From Eledone cirrhosa (lineage: Eukaryota): 64,000 nucleotides of DNA. The position numbers and the translations under genes are program-made. Within the stretch, counting starts at the first letter, position 1; each line of letters begins with the position of its first letter. The notes below the pieces were generated by a model. It was not told the DNA's origin. It saw only the letters and a list, made by a program, of their open reading frames with translations, and did no database searches. Location: NCBI GenBank assembly GCA_964016885.1, contig OZ024747.1, forward strand, positions 75,268,001 to 75,332,000, given 5' to 3'. Positions 55,072 to 64,000 of the stretch are shown here, one piece after another.

Positions 55072-57523
55072 AATTCCACTTTTTTTTTTATTTTAATAAT
55101 TAAAGTGTGGAAAAAGTAATTTTAATCTTTCAAAAACACACAAAAAAAAAACAACAACATATTCACTTTTCATTTACTATGTGAAAAGTATTGTACTCTT
55201 TACAACATGATCACTGACAATTCTATACCAAATGTAAAATGTATTTTTTTTTTTTAATTTACTAAAATATACATTTTCAAAAAAATCTTTTTGGCTGATA
55301 TTCATTCATTTGATATTCATTTTGTTACTAGATATCTATAACCCCTGGTTGGTGATTATATTGGAGCTATTCCACACCGACTCAACCTTGATTAATATGG
55401 TAGAATAAAGAAAGCATCCAGCTATCAAAAATGAATATCATTTGTTCTAAAATATTAAAAATATTGGAATATTTTATTTACTGAAAGATTTATATAAAGC
55501 AATAAGGAAATAGAAGAAAAAGAAGAGTTCGTAGTAACTTGTAATAGTGGGTGGTTTAGTGGTTAGAGTCTTGGATGTGTAATTGTCAGGTTGGCAGTTT
55601 GATTCCCTGACGGGTGATGTATTATGTCCTTGAGCAAGACACTTTATTTTGTGTTGCTTTTTCTGCCAGGAGTTATGACCAGTAGATAATATCAGTAATG
55701 GAAAGACCAATGGAACATTGTCTCCTTGGTTCGATTTGATAAGTTCCACTCCACTCAGTAAGCAAGTGAGGTCTGGTATCTTGTTGATTCAGATCGTTAT
55801 ACATAACTCCTTAATTGGAACAATCTCAGCCAATTTGAGTTAAACGAAGTAAACATTAACTAATTATTTAACATAAACTTTTCATTGAGTTTTTTTCAAT
55901 CTGTCAGAGAACCCTAACCTAATTTGTATCATGTCTTCAAAACATTTAAGGAAGGGAACTAGATTAAATCCTGTGAAATGTATCAAGAATTTGCACGACA
56001 AAAATTAATGTAAAGACTTCAGTTGACCAAAATAAAACGTTTCTGCCTCAGTTATTCCAGTCATATCCTCCATAATACATTTTTGTAATAAACCCCAGGT
56101 AGAAGAAAATTACCTGCCCTTTTCAGTCCAAGAAAAATGACATGGCAATTTTTATGATGGATTTAGCTGATAGCCAGATCCAGCCAACACATGCCAGTTG
56201 CTGTTTGTCGTAATTTCATGTCAGCAATGCTTGGACACTGGACAAGGAACGCATACTCAATGTCCCATTGCTCTCTACAGAAATGTTTGACATGGACATG
56301 CAGAATTGAGTTTAGCTTTTAATAATTGCATTGCACCTTGCCACCATGTTTTTGTAGGGGAGTGGTGTAGTGGATTACTTTACCCATGGTTTTATCCACT
56401 TTGGAGAGATAATACCCTAATATTGCCTTAGGGAAGATCATCTTGGTTGTAAATGATGAAAGCCGGTTAAAATATTTGTCTGTGTGTGTGTATGTGTGTC
56501 TATATGCGTGTGTTGTCTGTCTGTGTATGTATGTATATATGTGTGTGTGTCTGTTTATCCTGGGGCTGTATTTCATCAACCACTTAAGAAATATATTTTA
56601 CCTCTCTTTATATATTACTTCCTATTTTTAGGAATATTTTATCTCAATATAGCTTTTAATTAATTTTCCCCCTTCTATTATAACAACATACTCATAGCTA
56701 CCTTTTTGTTGTTGGGAGTTGTTAATTTATTTTAAATGAAATTGTATTTATTAAAATATAAAACATTGATTAGTTACTGAACATAGTTTATTGTGTGAAC
56801 TAGGTGTGAGGGGGAGGGAACAGTTGATGTCAAATTCAATATTCATTCTATAGCATCTTTTACAATAGTTTCCAATTTCTTTTGCAATAAATACAGTCAT
56901 TAATTGCTATGGTAAAGAATCCAATAAAACATTTCTATGAAAAAACATAACTGATTGAGCTTGCTTAAATTAGAGTTATTTAAATTTGTGTTAGCTTAAC
57001 CTTTCTGCTACCAACCCCCTCAAGCTGCACCTGATTCTATGATACAAAACTGTTTTGTTTTAAAGTGTTTATATTTATTTAAAGGCTTCCTATCATAAAT
57101 CTCTATTTAGAACCTTTGTTAACTTGTGTCAAACATCAGCTTAATAATGAGAAAGTTATTTTACTAAATTCTTCAAAATGACTTAATTAAAATCATAGGT
57201 GGTATCTTTCATTCTGTAGCTATTAGCAGTAATTACACTGCTGGAATTTGGTGATTCTAGTCATTTAACCTCAGTGAGATTTCTTTGCCTAGTATTGTGT
57301 GTTGTCTTCGGTCAATGAATAATTGAGCAGTCAGTCAGGTTTCCCTGACTTCATCTAGAGCTGTCAGTCAGGTTTACCTGACTTCATCTATAATCCAATG
57401 TCTGGTATCAGCTGAGTGTTATGTCATGCCAATGGTAGGTAACCTGTCTTTAGTCCAGAGTGGCTTATTTCCAGATTTGCTACTAAATCCCTATATCTCT
57501 GGGGAGATATAGGGGTTAGTGAA

Positions 57524-57805
57524 GGCATGTGACCTAGTGGTAAAGGTGTTGCATAATAGGTGATCATAATGTTGTGGGTTTGATTCCTGGGTTGGGTTGT
57601 GTTCTTGAGAAAAACACTTCATTTCACATTGCTCCAGTATATTCAGCTGAAACTGAGTACCAGTAATAGCTGAGGGTTTAACCCTATGATGGACTGGTGT
57701 CCTGTCCAGGGTTAAGTCTTGTACTCTCAGACACTTCACATCATAGAAACCGAGATAAACACCAGCCCGATGAGTCCCCAGACTCGAGACAGACTTTAAA
57801 CTTTT
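57524..57805 (+). mobile_element. second tRNA-derived SINE family (CORE/V-like internal segments)
   Basis: A box TGACCTAGTGG, B box GGTTTGATTCC, CTTGAG.AA.ACACTT, GATGGACTGGTGTCCTGTCCAGGG; partial copies at 36535-36660 and 55545-55665. Confidence 0.8.
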
Positions 57806-57837
57806 AGATTATATCTTTGCTAGTTCCCTTATCCACC

Positions 57838-58065
57838 ACAAGAGTATCCAGAGGTGGGATTTTTCTGTCCTGTTCCAACCTACTATATATCAAAACATAG
57901 AAAAATCTTCAAAAGATGGTTCAGCTCAGCTATAACATTGTTTTAAAATAAAATCAACACACCCACATACATGTTACAAGAGTATCCAGAGGTGGGATTT
58001 TTCTGTCCTGTTCCAACCTACTATATATACAAAATAAAATCAACACACCCACATACATGTTACAA
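57838..58065. repeat. 138-bp tandem duplication with internal deletion in the second copy
   Basis: ACAAGAGTATCCAGAGGTGGG... at 57838 and 57976. Confidence 0.9.
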
Positions 58066-58732
58066 TAAAGTATAGCATGAAATGGTCACATTGCCATTAC
58101 AAAGAAGAATTTTAAGAAATATGAGATGGATAGTGATTATTTATTTTTAGACTGTGTATCAGTTATGATAAAAATGTCAAACAGTTTATCAGTAAATAGT
58201 TTTTTTTATTTTTCTTTCAAAGAAAACCACCATTTTATTTTGAATTTTTAAAAATTTATTTTATATATGTATTTTTTTCATTTTACAAATGTTTTTTGTA
58301 AAGAACAATTGCAGAAAGAAATATTCCAATTTCCTTTTCTTTATTTCTTTAGTATTTCTTGATGGCACTGCCTGGTGGTGTTATCTCTTTTCTCATTTTA
58401 TCGGTTTGAAAATTGCTAATAATGGTTTTATGATTTCTTTGTAAATGTGTTTTTATTTTTGATGTTAGTCATCATAAATATCAATTTGATACACAAGACA
58501 ATAACAAACACACTGTCACCATGTCCTGGCAGTGCTCTCACCTACCCGTTCTCTACATTTATGTCTCAAATTGGTCTTTAAAATGTCTAATACCATTTAT
58601 GTTAAAATCTTTGTCATTAATTCATGGTGTTATTTGTATTGGAGAAATTATACAGGTGTTTATTAATATATCATTTAATATGATGTGATTATTAACAAAC
58701 TATTTGTTTCTCTTTTTTTTTTTAACTTTCAG

Positions 58733-58833
58733 CTCCAGGAACAGCTCCAAGGAATTTGCGTGGAAGAGCTGCAAGTGCTACTACCATATCTCTACTATGG
58801 GATGAACCAGAAATACCGAATGGAATAATTGAG
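58733..58833 (+). CDS. Lar: LAR/PTPRD-type receptor tyrosine phosphatase, exon encoding the first part of FN3 domain 2
   Basis: Poly-T + CAG acceptor, GAG|GTAAGA donor; (A)PGTAPRNLRGRAASATTISLLWDEPEIPNGIIE; phase 1 to 0. Confidence 0.85.
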
Positions 58834-60415
58834 GTAAGATAAACAAAATATTATTTCATGTCTGTCTCTCATTTTATTTCTATTTCTAGTTAATTTCAAT
58901 ACAGAGAAACTACATCACACACCCTTACCTCCCTTTTCTATTTCTCTCATCCCCCTCTCTTCTTTCATCATGCCATCACCTTAGCAGATTCTGAGTCAAA
59001 CATGAATGTGTTATCAGTGTTTAATATTTACACTTATATCTCCCTCACTCACACTGTTTCTATTCAATCACTTTGCCAACAACCAGCATGTCACTGTATA
59101 TAACTACCTCCTCCTCTCTCCTTACCTATCTCATTTACCTACTCTGGTTCTCTCCCCTTACTTTCTCTGTCATCCTCTGTCAATTGCCCTTACCCAACAC
59201 CTATCATGTCATTGTCTCTTCCTCAATCAATCAATCTCTCTCTCTCTCTCGCTCTCTCTTAACACTCTGGTTCTCTTCTTATTACCCTCTTGTTTCGCCT
59301 ATCTCTCCTTGCCTGGCACTGTGGGTAAGAAATAAATGAACAAATGGAGAGGGCACAGAGAAGAGGAGAGGGGCTGTTTGTAGTTTAGTCTTGCACAGAG
59401 AGTGGAGGAAATGATGTGGATAAGCAACATAGCTCACACACTCTACAATCTTGCTGTTTATTCTAACAGCCTCCCAGTGCACTCGGGCTAGAAATGGCAT
59501 CCAGACATAGAAATCATGCCAAAAATGTAATGTACAAGCAACATATGGTTCTTGACCCTTCTAGGAGGGTAATAATTAAAAATAAGAACAGACATAAACC
59601 ATAATGTACCATCTAACCTATACCAGCCTGGAAAGGCAGTTATTTAATGATGATAGTAAGGAAAATATTAAGAGCTTTATATCATGTGTGTGTGTATGTA
59701 TGTATGTATGTATGTATGTATGTATGTATGTATATATATATATACATATATACATACACATACACACACACATACATACTTCAATGAAGCGAGAAGACCG
59801 GATTCCAATATATTCCTTTAATGTTGCATTATTGCACAATACGTATATCTATGGCTGGCTAATGTTATCAGACTATGATACAAGAATTATGTAATGAACA
59901 TAAAAGATTTAGTTAAGTATTCCTTACTGGGATGCAATGAAATAGAAACAAAGGATTGATACAGGGCCAGCCTGGCCAGGGATACGATCACTATGATTAA
60001 ATAATTCCTGTCTGTACACACAGTACATTTCTTATTTTAGTCATGTTGCTACTATAAGAAGGTCATTTTCTAATTACGAGGTCTTTGATTCTAACCCTAC
60101 AGTTGTCCCTGTAAATAGTTATTTCTCCAAATTTACTGGTACATTTAATCCTGTATATCATTTGTACTTACATGTTGAACATTTATGTAATTATGTCCTA
60201 GAAATAAATTATAAAAATATCCTTAGCATCTTTAATCACCTCCACCTGTCATTATTCAATGTAAACTATAGGGTTTCTCTTATGCAAATCATTAATTTAT
60301 ACAAATTTCACAGTTTATATGAAATTCATGTATCTGATAATCCTGGTATATAAGGCAATCCAATTCTGGATTTCCAAAATGAAATATGTTCAATGCTGTG
60401 GCCATTAATATTTAT

Positions 60416-60562
60416 GGTGGTGGATTGGCAGTATCGGTAGAGCATTGAACAACATGCTTTGCAGTATATAGTCATGGCCCTTTACTTTCTGAGTTCAAAT
60501 CCTGCCGAGGTTAACTTTGCCATTCATCCTTACGATCAGTAAAATAAAGCACCAGTAATGCA
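60416..60562 (+). mobile_element. tRNA-derived SINE (Meta-like)
   Basis: GGTGGTGGATTGGCAGTATCGGTAGAG A box; GAGTTCAAATCC B box. Confidence 0.85.
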
Positions 60563-62325
60563 ATATTATAATATTTCTAATGACAGACACTGTCTATGTC
60601 ATTAAATTTTTCATTACCATATTTCTAATAAAAGGTATTGCCTAAGTCTCGAATCCTTTCATTAAAAGGTATTATCTGTGGTAAATAACACTTACTCAAG
60701 ATGTCACATTATAGTGGACTGGGTACATTTTATTGTAGCATCAATGCTAACACTTTACTAGGTGTACTGCATACTTTTCTATCATAGCAATAGCACTAGA
60801 GAGGCTGTCCAGACTAAAGAATTATCTCAAACCCTATATTGTTTCTATACAATTGCCAAACTCTTTAGCTTCCGGTCTTTCACCATATTTACTTTTAATG
60901 TACTAGAGGCAGCTCTTTTGAAATATGGCACCAATAAGCTTGGTCCCATGTCATCTCCATGATGAGGGTTAGTTGTATAATGATAACAAAAACTGTAAAA
61001 TGCATTTGTCTTGAAAGAGAATAAGGTTAAATTCCCTTTCCCACCTACTCATCCTAGATATTGGAATTTACTTGTGCCATGTTCCTCATCATGTAAATAT
61101 CTGTTAATTTTTCTCCAGACCTTTTAATAAAGACCATCATTGTTAAAACATTTAACTTTTCTTTCATATATATATATCTTAAATTCCTCTCTTCTAGTAA
61201 AATTAAGAAAAAAAAATTATTTTCCTTTCTGCTGAACAAAGGTTTTTCTACAATCAATCTTGCTAATATTCAAACGTCTAAGTAAAAAAGACTTCCATTA
61301 AAACTTATTATTATTGAATCAGTTTCTCCTACATCAGAACTCCATTTCTGTCAAGTGCACTTATAATCTTGTTTAAAATTTTACACTGTTGTCTGTCTTT
61401 GTTCTTTAAAAAAATCATATGTTACATATATTATTCGGAACTACATACACACCCTGAGCTATATATGTAGAACAAAAGTTCATTTGTAAATTAAGTCTTG
61501 TTCCCGAAGGCATTTTATTTTTTTAGATTCCCATTGTTGTTCTTCATGTTGTTCCTTAAGTTTTTTACTGGAATAAATCTGCTTGAATAGAAATATATTG
61601 AGATTTTGCATGGCTACTTTGAAAAAGGCATATCACAACTGTGTTCCTATTCTAATGTTGAGTCTTTTGGGGTCTCTTGGAGCTATTCCACAGCACCATT
61701 TATTGAACACAGCAATATATCAAGTAAACCAGAACATGAACCAAGGTAATTTCTAGGCTAAATATCCCTCAAATCAAGATATAAAAATGGTGAGAGAAAG
61801 ACAAAGGAGGAGAAAGAGATTGTTTTTACATCAGTTCTTGTATGATTGCACGGGCAAAATAAAGACTGAAGCTTATTCCAAGTTGATGAGGTGTTTGGCA
61901 ACTGAGAGTACAAGATGGAATGCCATCTTGCAGGATTAGCCATCTAGCTGTTACTGATAGTACTCATTTTCTGCTGAGTGAACTGGTATAACATGAAACT
62001 AGTGAAGGAAGAAAAGAATTAATAAAATGTCGATAATTATTATTTCAAAGGAATTCCATGTTTTTCTAATTTATTTACGTATTTATTTATTTTTGTAAAA
62101 TTGAAAAACCCCGAATCATGAAATATTTATAAGAAGTATTAGGGGACAAAATGGTGTTGGTTAAAACAAAACAATAATGGTATAATACAGTCTGCTGGCT
62201 TTTAAAAGAAAGATTGTTGTGAACCTAACATAACATTCTTCATTAATATATACATTTGGATAATTTATTCAATAAAGTAGATCAATCAAAATGTTTTTTG
62301 TTGCAGTTGTCCAGTATTTGAACTA

Positions 62326-62494
62326 CAGGGTGACTCATAAGTAACTCGGCAGTCCAACATTTATATTCCAAATGATAATATTTACTAAAAATATGGCTAT
62401 GGCTGGTCACACACAAATAAGTGGATGTTCAAAGTTATCTGTGAAGTTTGTAATAAAAATACATTGACTCGCCTGTTACTTATGACTCACCTAT
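62326..62494. mobile_element. Tc1/mariner-type MITE
   Basis: TA CAGGGTGACTCATAAGTAAC ... GTTACTTATGACTCACCTA TA, about 20-bp TIRs. Confidence 0.7.
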
Positions 62495-62565
62495 ATATCT
62501 AAAAAAAAACTCACGGGGGGAAATGCAGGTCTTTACTTACAGAAACTTTATTTATATTTTTGCAG

Positions 62566-62767
62566 GGATATAAAATCTTCTATACTTTGAATCCAGATCT
62601 CCCTATTATTCTCTGGGACCACAAGACCCACAACAATGGCCAGAATAAAGTGGACACGCTTGTAAACTTGAAAACAAACAGCACATATACTATAAATATA
62701 TTAGCCTTTTCTAGTGCTGGTGAAGGCCCACTTTCAGAAGAAATTCAAGTAATGACAAATCCTGGAG
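62566..62767 (+). CDS. Lar: LAR/PTPRD-type receptor tyrosine phosphatase, exon completing FN3 domain 2
   Basis: TTTTGCAG acceptor, GAG|GTAATG donor; GYKIFYTLNPD...W...YTINILAFSSAGEGPLSEEIQVMTNPG; phase 0 to 1, in frame with 58733-58833; resembles the LAR-family GY.VYYT...VLAFT..GDGPLS..IQV.T..GV pattern. Confidence 0.88.
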
Positions 62768-63918
62768 GTAATGCAGTCTTTGTCACCCAGTCCACCCCGT
62801 TGCTAATTTTTGATGTCTCTTTTTAAAAAAAATAAAATATTTTTTTTATCAACATGCATGTTTCAACACAAAGACAACGAAGATCTACAAATTTCCCCCA
62901 CCGAAAATATTCTTACCTTACCATTAATTACGATATTAAAAGAATTTAAGGATTCACTTGACAAAATGAAATAATTTTTGTGTCTGCAGATGATTGCAGA
63001 TTATATATACTCTGTCTCTGTCTTACTCTAAGAAGAGGCAATAATTTACACACAAATATATCAACTACAGTATAAATATTTCAATACACAATTGAATAAA
63101 TACAGGAATACTTCTTTTTCACTTAGAAGATAAATTCAGGTCAGTATTCAGATTCTGAATATCACCATAAATAGACCATATATTGTATCCTTTATTTGAT
63201 AATTCTATACAGATTTGATATTTACTGATTAATACAGTTTAGCCTATCTATGCTTTCATAGCATTAATTTTGAAAGAGAAACTTCAGAGCCCTATCCCCA
63301 TATCATTGAGGCGTGTAGGGTCATTACTCCCCCCAAAATAGTTTGCATAAATAAGCAGATTCCAAGAATATATTAGCCTCAGCCAAACAACACCACAACA
63401 ATACCATCATCATAGCCTGTCTTCATTGGCATGTTTCATCTGACATGTTCCTTACATATTGTAGCATTGCATGTAATTTGGGCTAAATGTTTTTGGAAAT
63501 TTTGGGCTGGAGATCCTATCTCCCTGAACACGTTTGGTAATCTTTAGTAGTTGAGCTAAATGGGTGTGTTGTCTTGTGCCTGCTTGCACCAAACTTCTAA
63601 ACATGTATGTATATGTCTAGTGTAATTCTGGTTTTTGGGATGTGAATGTCATTGGATATCGTGTGGACGACAAGTCCAATTGTCCGAGTTGTTACTTGCG
63701 GACACTTAGATGCATTTGCTCGTTATTATTACCTTTAAAAAAGAAAACAAAAAAGGTTGCATTTGTTGCATTTTTCTTTTACTTTCTAATATAAAATGGG
63801 GGGTGGGGGTGAAAATAAGGGGCAGTTTTGCTGAAACAATTTTTCTCAGAAATTAACATCCTTGGGGGAAAAAAGGGAAATGAAAAGAAATGTTAACTCA
63901 AAAAATATAACAATTAAA

Positions 63919-63959
<41 letters not shown>

Positions 63960-64000
63960 TGTGTATATATATATATATATGTATATGCATATAATATGTA

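Noticed and set aside
57762-57795. Hammerhead-like CCGATGAGTC...GACTCGAGAC at the SINE end
   Set aside because: Core lacks CUGA and GAAA and there is no stem I; ordinary SINE 3' hairpin

Overview
Eukaryotic, AT-rich, microsatellite-saturated animal DNA. The repeat complement is most consistent with a coleoid cephalopod such as Octopus (inference from repeat style, not verified). The only well-supported host coding sequence is two + strand exons (58733-58833, 62566-62767) that splice into one complete fibronectin type III domain resembling the second FN3 of LAR/PTPRD-type receptor tyrosine phosphatases, so most of the window is probably one very large intron. It contains two decayed RTE-clade LINEs with a PHD-like finger behind the RT core, tRNA-derived SINEs, RTE-tailed elements (one seeding a 2.2 kb 48-bp minisatellite), and piggyBac-like and Tc1/pogo-like MITEs. 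The most notable signal is a set of short non-coding elements embedded in (TA)n tracts. They carry minimal type I hammerhead ribozyme motifs, fold-back inverted repeats and a shared, covarying bulged hairpin near their 3' ends (Penelope-like pLTR or retrozyme-type). Two candidate alternative terminal exons in the intron are flagged with low confidence. Nearly all listed ORFs are microsatellite artefacts.
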